DNA from: a virus | DNA: 64,000 bases | Direction: 5' to 3' (one strand) | IMG/VR virus record: IMGVR_UViG_3300044971_004534 | In this document: in pieces, positions 51,726 to 59,872 of the stretch | Layout: each line of letters opens with the position of its first letter | How positions within the stretch are numbered: the stretch's first letter is position 1 | Translations under genes and position numbers: made by a program | Notes under the pieces: model-generated | What the model saw: only the letters and a program-made list of their open reading frames with translations | Databases searched by the model: none | Told to the model about the DNA's origin: nothing

Positions 51726-51929
51726 ATGAAAAACTTAAAAATATACTACATAATCGCTTCTGCAATTTCTATCATACTTGTTTTGCTAAAATTAACTGGA
51801 TTAGTTGATATCGGATGGACTTGGATTATATGTCCACTCATTGCTCCATTTGTCGCAACTTTCTTTGCAGTAGCATTTGTTATGTGCGCAGCAATATGTA
51901 TGGCTTTTTTGTTCTTGCTTTTTAGATAA
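51726..51929 (+). CDS. small two-span membrane protein
   Basis: GGAGG upstream. Two hydrophobic segments (IIASAISIILVLL and FVATFFAVAFVMCAAICMAFLFLLF). Confidence 0.6.
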   Translation: MKNLKIYYIIASAISIILVLLKLTGLVDIGWTWIICPLIAPFVATFFAVAFVMCAAICMAFLFLLFR

Positions 51930-51975
51930 CATTTGCATTAGCAGGATATCAATTAAAAATAAAGAACATATATTT

Positions 51976-52467
51976 ATGAACTTTAAATTTAACAAACAAC
52001 AATGGATGCGCATTGGGCACCAACTTGGTTGGCTGAAGAAGGCTGATTTAAATGCTGATGATCAAAAAATGATGGAACAAATCATGAAGGCAGAGCCAAT
52101 TCGTACCAAACAACCGTCTGACAAACTTATTCGTGATGCAGAAATCGTTGTTCAAGACGCCATGGAAAATTTACTGCATATTTCTCATGAGCTGGGCGAT
52201 GTATTGAGTGGAAATATTGCTGCCGATGACAACGTTGTTAGCATGACACGTGCTCTTGAGGAAGATTACAGATACGTCATGCAAGAACTGCCAAGCAAGC
52301 CTTTGCAATTTGCGCAAGGATTAAAAGAAGTTGTAAATCAAGCTTTGTTTCATCTTGATACGCTCACAGAGTCCATGAATCGCCATAATCTGGCGAAGAG
52401 TTCTTTAATAAACGATATTCGAAAAGATCTCATCTTTGGACGCAGAATATTGGAAAATGTAATTTAA
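51976..52467 (+). CDS. hypothetical protein
   Basis: 163 aa from MNFKFNKQQW. Confidence 0.55.
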   Translation: MNFKFNKQQWMRIGHQLGWLKKADLNADDQKMMEQIMKAEPIRTKQPSDKLIRDAEIVVQDAMENLLHISHELGDVLSGNIAADDNVVSMTRALEEDYRYVMQELPSKPLQFAQGLKEVVNQALFHLDTLTESMNRHNLAKSSLINDIRKDLIFGRRILENVI

Positions 52468-53094
52468 TTACTTTAAGTAACCTGCAAGTGCTTTGTGTAT
52501 TCTTGCTGGTATTTTTCTGTGAGTATGTACTCTAAAATTTGGCGGCATTAGTGAGAGTATGTATCTGCTTGTCATTGGATCTCTACGGAAAGCCCAGAAC
52601 TTTTGTTCCTGTTCCATAATCCAATGAGAATATATGTAAATATTTGCTCTACGTGCATATCCATGTAGATTGATTGGAAGCCTAAACTTCTTGGCAACTC
52701 TGCACGCCCTTATCTCGCAATCTCTTTCCATTTCCCTTACGATATAAAATGCTTTTTCTAGTCTTTTCTTTTGTATTTTTTCTCTAGAAAACCACTTATC
52801 AATATAGATAAGGGCAGAATCAGATTGTTTGTATATTTTTGACTTATCAAGCCACTGTAGGAAGTGTGCATATTCATGCACTAGAGATTCAAGCCACAAG
52901 TTATTTTTTCTTGCTACTCTGATAACGCGTTCATCTTCAGAGAAATATGCGCTACTGGTATAGCCGCCGCACTGGACAGTAGCACCTTGACCCCATATGA
53001 GTCTCATTTTGTACTCAGCAAGATGTCTTTTTATGTGCTTTATAAAACTTTTTACGGATTTATATTTTGCTATGTGCTCACTTTTTGTTAGCAT
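52468..53094 (-). CDS. hypothetical HExxH zinc-metallopeptidase-like protein
   Basis: ESLVHEYAHFLQW motif. Confidence 0.5.
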   Translation of the reverse strand: MLTKSEHIAKYKSVKSFIKHIKRHLAEYKMRLIWGQGATVQCGGYTSSAYFSEDERVIRVARKNNLWLESLVHEYAHFLQWLDKSKIYKQSDSALIYIDKWFSREKIQKKRLEKAFYIVREMERDCEIRACRVAKKFRLPINLHGYARRANIYIYSHWIMEQEQKFWAFRRDPMTSRYILSLMPPNFRVHTHRKIPARIHKALAGYLK

Positions 53095-53224
53095 ACAAAC
53101 GCCTCCCTGTCTATATGTCGATCAAAGCTTGCCCAAGAGCAGCACTTATTATTACTTTTTTATGCACTGTTGCACCTTGGGCAGGAAAAATTAAAAAACG
53201 TAGATAAATAACATGGGAGTTTTT

Positions 53225-53620
53225 ATGGAAAATGAATCTTTAGAAAAATCAGCGAATTTAGACCGATGGTTTAAAGAAAAATGGGTAGATATTTCCCGCA
53301 AAGACAAGCACGGGAAGCACCCTCCATGTGGTAGATCGGACGCTTCTAAGGGCTCATATCCAAAATGCCGTCCCTCTAAGAAAGTATCCAAGAAGACCCC
53401 TTCCACATCGCGTGGGATGTCTAAAAAGACTAAAGAAAAGGCTGTTAGGCAAAAAAGACAGGCTGAACAGGCTCCCAGAGTCGATAAGAAGCCTCACATG
53501 ACATCTCATCATGATTTAAAAAAGAAAAAAGCTTCCTCTGAAGTCCGTATGACTAAAGAGGCTTGGTTGGAAATAGGCCTAACGGCGGGGTGGCTAAATG
53601 AACAAAGTAATTCAGAATGA
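53225..53620 (+). CDS. hypothetical basic protein
   Basis: GGGAG lies 5 nt upstream of ATG 53225; ATG 53213 is an alternative. W..EKWVDI...PCGR...YPKCRP cysteine/proline pattern. Confidence 0.55.
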   Translation: MENESLEKSANLDRWFKEKWVDISRKDKHGKHPPCGRSDASKGSYPKCRPSKKVSKKTPSTSRGMSKKTKEKAVRQKRQAEQAPRVDKKPHMTSHHDLKKKKASSEVRMTKEAWLEIGLTAGWLNEQSNSE

Positions 53621-53720
53621 AGACAAAGTCTGTCCTACAACAGAAAAGTTAAAATTTTTCTTTTGGTTTTGGACTGGATGGACTCTTGCTCTAATGTCGT
53701 GCAATAGTATAATGCACTGA
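53598..53720 (+). CDS. possible 40-aa hydrophobic peptide
   Basis: Encodes MNKVIQNEDKVCPTTEKLKFFFWFWTGWTLALMSCNSIMH. Its stop overlaps the next ATG (TGATG). This call competes with the promoter interpretation of the same DNA. Confidence 0.25.
   Translation: MNKVIQNEDKVCPTTEKLKFFFWFWTGWTLALMSCNSIMH
53686..53713 (+). promoter_or_regulatory. sigma70-type promoter TTGCTC-N16-TATAAT, 6 nt upstream of ATG 53720 (leaderless arrangement)
   Basis: Consensus -10 TATAAT at 53708-53713, followed by gcactg and the ATG. Confidence 0.55.
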
Positions 53721-53950
53721 TGTTTGGTATTAAAGTATCTGGTTACGACATTAACGGGGAACCGCTCCTGCTTGCTGATGGCATCAAAGGTGAGGGGAGA
53801 AAAATTCTTATTTTTTCAACCAAAGAAGCGGCTGAAAAAGACTGTCGTGAGATGAACTCCATCAGAGCACGGATGAAGACTCCCACCAACTACGAAGTGA
53901 TTAAGATTAAAAAAGAGTGGATTGAGGGGATGCCAGTAGAGTATCTGTAA
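53720..53950 (+). CDS. hypothetical protein (76 aa)
   Basis: ORF that starts 7 nt after the -10 hexamer. Confidence 0.55.
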   Translation: MFGIKVSGYDINGEPLLLADGIKGEGRKILIFSTKEAAEKDCREMNSIRARMKTPTNYEVIKIKKEWIEGMPVEYL

Positions 53951-53984
53951 TGTTTGTGAAAACATGAAAAGTTTTCTACAGCAC

Positions 53985-54012
53985 TTGACAGAGCGTACAA
54001 ACTGTGTATAGT
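53985..54012 (+). promoter_or_regulatory. sigma70-type promoter TTGACA-N16-TATAGT
   Basis: Consensus -35 at 53985-53990 and TATAGT at 54007-54012, about 140 nt upstream of the 54151 gene. Confidence 0.55.
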
Positions 54013-54150
54013 ACATGCACAAGGCCGTTACTGACGTTCATGTAACGCCTCTTGTGTCAGGGACTTGCAGTATTTTCAGCCGTTACCGAATCTACTGCCA
54101 CACTGATACGAATCAAAAAGTGCCTGCTGTACTTTAGGAGAGTAAGCTCA

Positions 54151-54759
54151 ATGGTCAAGTTTATCGCCACTCAGGATCTCAAGTCTGCCAACATCGGCAA
54201 GTCTATGACTCTGTATGAAATGTACGAGTACATTAGAGCGCACCGGGTTGAGCTTGCTGCCATGAAAAGACAAGCAGCAAATACTCGAGTTGAGTTGGAG
54301 CATTTGGTCGCAGAGATGACTTACAAGGTCGCCTCTGTGGATTGCTCCAAAAAGGCAAACAGGCTGAGAGTTTCCTTGGACGAACTTGTGAAAAACATTC
54401 GTGCCATTGAATCGTGTTCAAAAGAGATTGGTGGTCTTGACGATCAGGCAAAGTCTAAGTCTGCCAAGAAAGACGGGAAAAAGCCTTTCAGAGAATGTGT
54501 TGAGCAGTTTGTTCAGCTCAAGGGTTCTGAGCCTTTTGAGCCCACTGAAGTTGCAAGATTTGTTGCTGAATCTAGAGGGCAAGAGCTTACTAATTCTCTT
54601 AGAGTGTTTACTCACCGGATCATCAAGGACTTTGTTCTTGAGAAGCGAATCATTCAGCTTGCTCACGGCTTGTACGAAAGTTCTAGTGCCGTGAATCTTT
54701 TCTCCGAATCTGACACTTCTGTTTCGCTTGAGGATGCTGCAAAAGCAAATTGCGCTTAA
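54151..54759 (+). CDS. hypothetical protein
   Basis: 202 aa from MVKFIATQDL. AGGAG upstream. Confidence 0.55.
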   Translation: MVKFIATQDLKSANIGKSMTLYEMYEYIRAHRVELAAMKRQAANTRVELEHLVAEMTYKVASVDCSKKANRLRVSLDELVKNIRAIESCSKEIGGLDDQAKSKSAKKDGKKPFRECVEQFVQLKGSEPFEPTEVARFVAESRGQELTNSLRVFTHRIIKDFVLEKRIIQLAHGLYESSSAVNLFSESDTSVSLEDAAKANCA

Positions 54760-54809
54760 ATTAAAAAGAATATTGCCTTCGTTGTTTTGCTTGTTGTCGA
54801 TATAGGTGG

Positions 54810-55028
54810 ATGAACGACACACAAAGCAACGAAGGCGATATTATTTCTGTATTAGAACAGATTGACTACATACTTCAAAACCTGGATGTTGTACCACTTC
54901 CAGGGCATGTTGTGGCAACTTTATGTCAGTCTAGAAGATACATACAGTATTTAGAAACTGAAGTTCTTAAAAACATGCAACAGCCAATTCAGCACGAAGC
55001 AGAGTTGGTCGAAAAAAACGAAAACTAA
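54810..55028 (+). CDS. hypothetical protein
   Basis: 72-aa ORF. Confidence 0.5.
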   Translation: MNDTQSNEGDIISVLEQIDYILQNLDVVPLPGHVVATLCQSRRYIQYLETEVLKNMQQPIQHEAELVEKNEN

Positions 55029-55048
55029 AAATTAGATGGAGATTTATT

Positions 55049-55399
55049 ATGTCAGATCATATAGTGAAATTAGATAACGACAATTTTGAAAAACAGGTTT
55101 ATCAAAGTGATTTACCTTATTTTGTGCAATTCAGCACTCCATGGTGCGCCCCATGCAGAACATTTGCGCCAATAATGCTATCTCTTGCTGAGCAGTTTGA
55201 CGGCAAGTGCAGGTTTGGGAAAGTTGACGCGGAAGAAAATATGGATTTGGCTTACAGGTTCAATATTGTCTCGGTTCCCACTATGATTATTTTTCATAAA
55301 GATAAAATAGTTGATAGAATCAACGGCTTGATTGGAAGAGAAAACGTTGTCGCCAAGATCGAAAATGCGCTTCAGTCTGCTTCATCTGAGAGAGTTTAA
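55049..55399 (+). CDS. trxA: thioredoxin
   Basis: WCAPC active site within FSTPWCAPCRTFAP. Length and VPT cis-Pro region are typical. GGAG upstream. Confidence 0.85.
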   Translation: MSDHIVKLDNDNFEKQVYQSDLPYFVQFSTPWCAPCRTFAPIMLSLAEQFDGKCRFGKVDAEENMDLAYRFNIVSVPTMIIFHKDKIVDRINGLIGRENVVAKIENALQSASSERV

Positions 55400-55407
55400 T
55401 AATCTAT

Positions 55408-56403
55408 ATGCAAAAAACAGCAGTTATTACAGGAGTGAATGGCCAAGATGGTTCTTACCTTTCTGAGCTATTGCTTTCAAAAGGCTATAAAGTAATAGGA
55501 CTTAAGCGTAGGACTTCCACGATTAATACGTCAAGAGTTGACCATCTAATGTCTAACTCAGATTTTCAATTACGATATTATGATCTTCAAGATGGGCCTT
55601 GTATCACTCATTTACTCAATACGTACCGTGTAGATGAGCTGTACAACTTGGCTGCTCAATCTCATGTAGGTGTATCTTTTGAGATCCCGGAGTACACCTC
55701 GTATGGAATTTGCCAGGGAACAATAAAGATACTAGAAGCAATACGCTCTTCAAGTCCGCACACAAAGTTCTATCAGGCTTCTTCTTCTGAGATGTATGGA
55801 GACAGCACTGATTATGATGACAATCAGGCTTTCAATGAGGAAAGTCGAATGCTTCCGGTATCTCCGTATGCATGCTCTAAATTGCACGCACACCACATGA
55901 CTCGTGTTTATCGTAATGCCTATGGGATGCATGCTTCTTCAGGAATACTTTTTAATCACGAAAGTCCGCGTCGTGGAGAAACTTTTGTAACACGAAAGAT
56001 TACGATGGCTGCTGCGAAGATTAAACTTGGGAAGCAAAGAAAGTTGAGTCTAGGAAATTTGGATGCCCAAAGAGACTGGGGTCATGCCGCTGACTACGTA
56101 GAAGCGATGTGGTTAATGCTACAGCAGTCCACTGGAGATGATTACGTGGTTGCAACGAATGAAACTTACACGGTCAGAGATTTCTTAAAAGTAGTTTTTG
56201 ACTATGCTGGACTAGGAGATTACAACCAATATGTCGTAATAGATCAGCGTCTTTTTAGGCCTAATGAAGTTCCTTTCTTGAAGGGAAACCCAGCAAAGGC
56301 CATATCAAGATTGGGGTGGAAGCCGAAGCATAGCATGGAGTCTCTTGCAAAGAGCATGTTTGATGAAGATCTAAAACTTTTAACAGAAAAGGTTTCAATA
56401 TGA
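55408..56403 (+). CDS. gmd: GDP-mannose 4,6-dehydratase
   Basis: VITGVNGQDGSYLSELLLSKGY, YACSKLHAH (YxxxK) and LFNHESPRRGETFVTRKI, all hallmark Gmd blocks. Confidence 0.9.
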   Translation: MQKTAVITGVNGQDGSYLSELLLSKGYKVIGLKRRTSTINTSRVDHLMSNSDFQLRYYDLQDGPCITHLLNTYRVDELYNLAAQSHVGVSFEIPEYTSYGICQGTIKILEAIRSSSPHTKFYQASSSEMYGDSTDYDDNQAFNEESRMLPVSPYACSKLHAHHMTRVYRNAYGMHASSGILFNHESPRRGETFVTRKITMAAAKIKLGKQRKLSLGNLDAQRDWGHAADYVEAMWLMLQQSTGDDYVVATNETYTVRDFLKVVFDYAGLGDYNQYVVIDQRLFRPNEVPFLKGNPAKAISRLGWKPKHSMESLAKSMFDEDLKLLTEKVSI

Positions 56404-56801
56404 GTAAGAAAAAAGATAGTTCAAAGAAGAGCGGGGGAAAGAAGCAGTCCAAGAAAGATGTGAAGAAGGAAAAGAAGTCGGCAAAGAAGACTGAGCCTAA
56501 GCCAATGAAGCCACAATTTGTGTGGCCAAAAGACGAGCCTGCCATGAAGAAAGATCCAGTCGTTTCTGAAGAAGTAAAAGAAGAGACTCTTCATCCAGAA
56601 GAAGCAGGTTTTGCGTCTTTTGAAGAGCCAAAGCTAAATGGCACTGAAACTCCGTTTGTATTTACAAGTCATGTTTCAGTGAGTACTTCTGCTAATTTTG
56701 ATCACGTGAAAGAAAAAGCAGCAAATTTTGCTGAAAAAACTCAGAATGACATCAAGAAAATGTGGAAGACTTTCATCAGAAAGATGAAGGGGTTGGCTTG
56801 A
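56400..56801 (+). CDS. hypothetical protein with Lys-rich N-terminal tail
   Basis: ATGA overlap with the gmd stop. N-terminus MSKKKDSSKKSGGKKQSKKDVKKEKKSAKK. Confidence 0.55.
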   Translation: MSKKKDSSKKSGGKKQSKKDVKKEKKSAKKTEPKPMKPQFVWPKDEPAMKKDPVVSEEVKEETLHPEEAGFASFEEPKLNGTETPFVFTSHVSVSTSANFDHVKEKAANFAEKTQNDIKKMWKTFIRKMKGLA

Positions 56802-56833
56802 TTAAAGTATTTTGAGCCATAGGCTTTCGCCTT

Positions 56834-57019
56834 ATGCATGCATACTTGTATAAATTTGCAGTCCCGCTGGTAAGCTTACTTACGGTGGCTGCAATTTTTA
56901 TTTACATTCAAAGTAAAAAACAAAAAAATACATTTTCAAGTAATGATGCACTGAAAAAAGCGCAAACGCTTGAGGACATTAAAAAAATAGAAAAAGCCCT
57001 TTACGATGGAGAGGGCTAA
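56834..57019 (+). CDS. small single-pass membrane protein
   Basis: FAVPLVSLLTVAAIFIYI hydrophobic segment. Confidence 0.45.
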   Translation: MHAYLYKFAVPLVSLLTVAAIFIYIQSKKQKNTFSSNDALKKAQTLEDIKKIEKALYDGEG

Positions 57020-57044
57020 TCTCTAAAAATTTGTCTCTCACGCA

Positions 57045-57073
57045 TTGACAAGAGTATAGCACAGTGCTATGCT
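57045..57073 (+). promoter_or_regulatory. sigma70-type promoter TTGACA-N17-TATGCT upstream of csrA
   Basis: TTGACA at 57045-57050 and TATGCT at 57068-57073. A 5' UTR hairpin GAAAGC-ACGGT-GCTTTC lies at 57080-57096. Confidence 0.6.
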
Positions 57074-57118
57074 ACTTATGAAAGCACGGTGCTTTCAACA
57101 CTCTAGCCAAGGAAGGTT

Positions 57119-57304
57119 ATGCAAAAAGAAAAAAAGGTTTTGGTAGTTTCTAGAAAAGTCGGTGAAGTGGTCGTGATTGGAGAGCCCACCAACCCTCTCG
57201 GTGAAGTCGAAATCGTGAAGGTTGAGGGTGGAAAGGTCAGAATCGCGTTCCGCTTTCCAGAAGACGTGAAAATCAATCGTGAAGAAGTTGCGCTGACTAA
57301 GTAA
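57119..57304 (+). CDS. csrA: carbon storage regulator CsrA/RsmA homologue
   Basis: LVVSRKVGEVVVIG...VKVEGGKVRIAFRFPEDVKINREEV is collinear with CsrA (LILTRRVGE..IG...V.G..VRIG..AP..V.VHREE). 61 aa. AAGGAAGG RBS. Confidence 0.8.
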   Translation: MQKEKKVLVVSRKVGEVVVIGEPTNPLGEVEIVKVEGGKVRIAFRFPEDVKINREEVALTK

Positions 57305-57323
57305 TCTTTTTCACTCAGCATTT

Positions 57324-57363
57324 AAAGGCTGTACACAAAAATGTGTGCAGCCTTTATCTTTTT
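57324..57363 (+). terminator. intrinsic terminator after csrA
   Basis: 14-bp stem AAAGGCTGTACACA / TGTGTGCAGCCTTT (one G-U pair), AAAA loop, followed by ATCTTTTT. Confidence 0.7.
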
Positions 57364-57400
57364 ACCACGCTCATGGATATTAACCAATACGGAGATATCC

Positions 57401-58045
57401 ATGGGAGCGAACGATCCAACTACCGCTTACATCATAATTGAACACTCTGACGGCAAGTATTATTCTTATCGTGAAAGCGTTGATCATTTCAAAGTAGCAG
57501 AGGAAACCAGAAGCAAGTCTGGTCTTAAAAAAGTTTCAGAAACACTGCTAGATGAAGACTGCGATCTATCAAGTCTTCCAAACAACACTTATATTGTATT
57601 AAATGTTAATTCAAAGCAGTCTTGTGGAAACGCAAGAAGCACCGATTTGATGATCGATATGTGGGGAGAAAAGTGCGAAGAGTACGAATCATTGTGCTCT
57701 GCCTGCATAGCTTGGACTATTTATGAATCAACGGGCACTGTTCCCTTGACTAGTGAAGTTTCAGAAAAAATCCAAGCACTAAAAAGAAATTCATCTTCAA
57801 CTTCAAAGGCTGCAAACATATCTCACTGGAACTGCAGGCTCGTTAGAAAATTCTATGAAGAATCTGACGAATACTACGTTGCGGTCTATGAGGTTTACTA
57901 TGACGAAAATGGTGATCCTATTTTACGTACTGAAGAGCCAGTTCATGTTGACGGCAGCACTGTAAAAGAAGTTGAGAAATATCTCAAATTGATCAAAAAG
58001 GCAATGAAAAAGCCTGTACTGGATGATTCTATTTTTAACAAGTGA
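57401..58045 (+). CDS. hypothetical protein
   Basis: 214 aa from MGANDPTT. GGAG upstream. The longer ORF would begin inside the terminator. Confidence 0.55.
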   Translation: MGANDPTTAYIIIEHSDGKYYSYRESVDHFKVAEETRSKSGLKKVSETLLDEDCDLSSLPNNTYIVLNVNSKQSCGNARSTDLMIDMWGEKCEEYESLCSACIAWTIYESTGTVPLTSEVSEKIQALKRNSSSTSKAANISHWNCRLVRKFYEESDEYYVAVYEVYYDENGDPILRTEEPVHVDGSTVKEVEKYLKLIKKAMKKPVLDDSIFNK

Positions 58046-58052
58046 GGAAAAT

Positions 58053-58511
58053 ATGGCTATTACTTTTGGTTATTCTATACTTTATGGCGTTGGTAACAAG
58101 GTAACTGAATCAAATGCAGAAGGATCTACATATGTAGATTTTTCGTATACATCTCCACTTTCTTTCACTGGAGCACTGGAGCATCCTGTTCCAACAAATG
58201 AGGGGATTTATACACCCACCGTTGGACATTCGTATCCTAACGTAGTTTTTATGGGAGTTGCTGACGGGTTCTGGGTGCACAGGGTGTTTCTTGATGGACA
58301 TCTTGTCCAGACTTTCACATTCATGGATCAGCATTTTACGATACCAATACAGTTCGATTTTGTTGAAAGCGTTGCTATGCAGATTTCTCCAACAAACGGT
58401 GGAATTGGCTGTGCAACTGCTGACTGTGACGTTCCTGGGCCTGCAAGCTTAATTACTCTTTGCGCCAGTGCAGCACTAATTTTTAACAAGAGAAAAAGAT
58501 GTTCTCTGTAA
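58053..58511 (+). CDS. hypothetical protein with PEP-CTERM-like C-terminal anchor
   Basis: C-terminus DVPGPASLITLCASAALIFNKRKRCSL, that is a P-x-P motif, a hydrophobic helix and a basic cluster. GAGGA upstream of ATG 58053. Confidence 0.5.
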   Translation: MAITFGYSILYGVGNKVTESNAEGSTYVDFSYTSPLSFTGALEHPVPTNEGIYTPTVGHSYPNVVFMGVADGFWVHRVFLDGHLVQTFTFMDQHFTIPIQFDFVESVAMQISPTNGGIGCATADCDVPGPASLITLCASAALIFNKRKRCSL

Positions 58512-58549
58512 ATCTAACGGGTGTCAAGCCTACTGTCGATAAATAATAC

Positions 58550-58672
58550 ATGGAACCAATTTTACAATTATCTATCATATTTGTTTTAGGAGCACTTGGT
58601 TTTACTATTATCTTGAACGAAGTTCCAAGAAGCATGGTAAAGAGTAGGCAAAAGAAAGCAAAAAAGAAATGA
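58550..58672 (+). CDS. 40-aa single-pass membrane peptide
   Basis: Encodes MEPILQLSIIFVLGALGFTIILNEVPRSMVKSRQKKAKKK. Its stop overlaps the next ATG (ATGA). Confidence 0.45.
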   Translation: MEPILQLSIIFVLGALGFTIILNEVPRSMVKSRQKKAKKK

Positions 58673-59022
58673 AAGTAATTATAGCTGGATCTAGAAGCAT
58701 AACTGACAAAGATGTCGTGAATCAAGCAATTAAGGATTCAGGTTTTAAAATTACAGAAATTCTTTGTGGATGTGCAAAAGGTGTTGATGATCTCGGTAGA
58801 CAATATGGTGAGCAAAACAAGATTTTGGTGACTGAATATCCACCTAATTGGCACAAGTATGGCAACGCCGCTGGCATCATGCGAAACATTGTGATGGCAA
58901 AGAAGTGCGACGCCTTAATAGCGGTGTGGGATGGAAAGTCTAGGGGTACTAAGCACATGATTGAGTGCATAGAAAAATTAAAATTACCACTTTATGTAAA
59001 AGATATGTCACATGGACAGTGA
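58669..59022 (+). CDS. SLOG-fold DUF2493-family protein
   Basis: MKVIIAGSRSITD...ILCGCAKGVDDLG...NAAGIMRNIVMAKKCDALIAVWDGKSRGTKHMIE matches the DUF2493 (GGA.G.D ... RN..M ... G..GT) pattern. Confidence 0.7.
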   Translation: MKVIIAGSRSITDKDVVNQAIKDSGFKITEILCGCAKGVDDLGRQYGEQNKILVTEYPPNWHKYGNAAGIMRNIVMAKKCDALIAVWDGKSRGTKHMIECIEKLKLPLYVKDMSHGQ

Positions 59023-59503
59023 GAAAGAAAAAAAGAATAATAGCCTCTCTAAGGCACTGTCTGAAATAGGAGAACTGCAGGAGCAGAGCAAATCTCAATA
59101 TGCTGCTAATGCAGATGCTTGGTGGAACAATCTGTCATATGATGACAAGTTGAAGGCTTTTTACTCAGTGTGTTCAAGGATACACAAAGGCGATTTCATT
59201 GAAGGAAAATCCTACCGGGGTGTTTTGTACGATATTTTTGATTTTGGACTGGATTCGTATAGCATAGGCATGATGTGTGGATATTTAGAGATACACAACT
59301 CAATTGTCCCAGAAAGGAATCAAAAAATGCAAGACATCGCCTCACAGTTTATAGCCAACTTTCCAACAGAGGAAATCCCTCCAAGCGTTTTTGGTCTATG
59401 GCAGCAGTGGATTGTTCACGGAGGAGTCCCAAATGGATGGAGTGAAGAACAGGCTTATTACATGTTTAAGGAATTTGAAAAAAACGGTAATGAAGAAAAG
59501 TAA
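59012..59503 (+). CDS. hypothetical protein
   Basis: 163-aa ORF overlapping the upstream gene by 11 nt. Confidence 0.55.
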   Translation: MDSEKEKKNNSLSKALSEIGELQEQSKSQYAANADAWWNNLSYDDKLKAFYSVCSRIHKGDFIEGKSYRGVLYDIFDFGLDSYSIGMMCGYLEIHNSIVPERNQKMQDIASQFIANFPTEEIPPSVFGLWQQWIVHGGVPNGWSEEQAYYMFKEFEKNGNEEK

Positions 59504-59521
59504 TCTCAAAAGGAGAAACAC

Positions 59522-59689
59522 ATGAACAGCACAGAAATGACAACAAAAAAAGAAATGAATGCAGAAGAGCTAAGAGCTATTATTCGTGAAGCACTGAATA
59601 AGTTGGAAAATGCTCCGAATCATATTTTTACTACTTCAAAGCACGCAATATTTATATACGAGCTTGAGAAGATTTTGCGCAAGGCTTGA
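59522..59689 (+). CDS. hypothetical 55-aa protein
   Basis: AAGGAG lies 6 nt upstream of the ATG. Below the ORF-track cutoff and found by eye. Confidence 0.45.
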   Translation: MNSTEMTTKKEMNAEELRAIIREALNKLENAPNHIFTTSKHAIFIYELEKILRKA

Positions 59690-59698
59690 TATTAGTTC

Positions 59699-59851
59699 AT
59701 GAAATACATCAAGCAGCTAGTGATAGCTCGAAAAATAAAACCATTTGAAATGGTGATGTCTATTACAGATTTGGTGATAGACGGATTCTTGGCTATGATG
59801 ATTGTTTTAATATTGATCGCAACGATTAGTTGGATTGCTAATCATTTTTGA
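59699..59851 (+). CDS. 50-aa single-pass membrane peptide
   Basis: Encodes ...DGFLAMMIVLILIATISWIANHF. Found by eye. Confidence 0.35.
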   Translation: MKYIKQLVIARKIKPFEMVMSITDLVIDGFLAMMIVLILIATISWIANHF

Positions 59852-59872
59852 AGCACTGTTACTAAAAGTACA

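Noticed and set aside
53130-53183. An 8-bp inverted repeat TGCCCAAG ... CTTGGGCA in the divergent intergenic region between 52468..53094 and 53225..53620.
   Set aside because: The arms are 38 nt apart. That is too far for a simple operator and gives a weak hairpin. It is a single occurrence. I note it but do not call it a feature.
54401-54822. Overlapping ORFs 54401..54694 (+, other frame), 54418..54822 (-) and 54233..54451 (-).
   Set aside because: All lie within the 54151..54759 gene, which has a good AGGAG site and a plausible composition. The same reasoning applies to 10598..10937 (-) inside guaC and to 38830..39354, 2446..2901, 1816..2142 and 16788..17596 inside motif-bearing genes.
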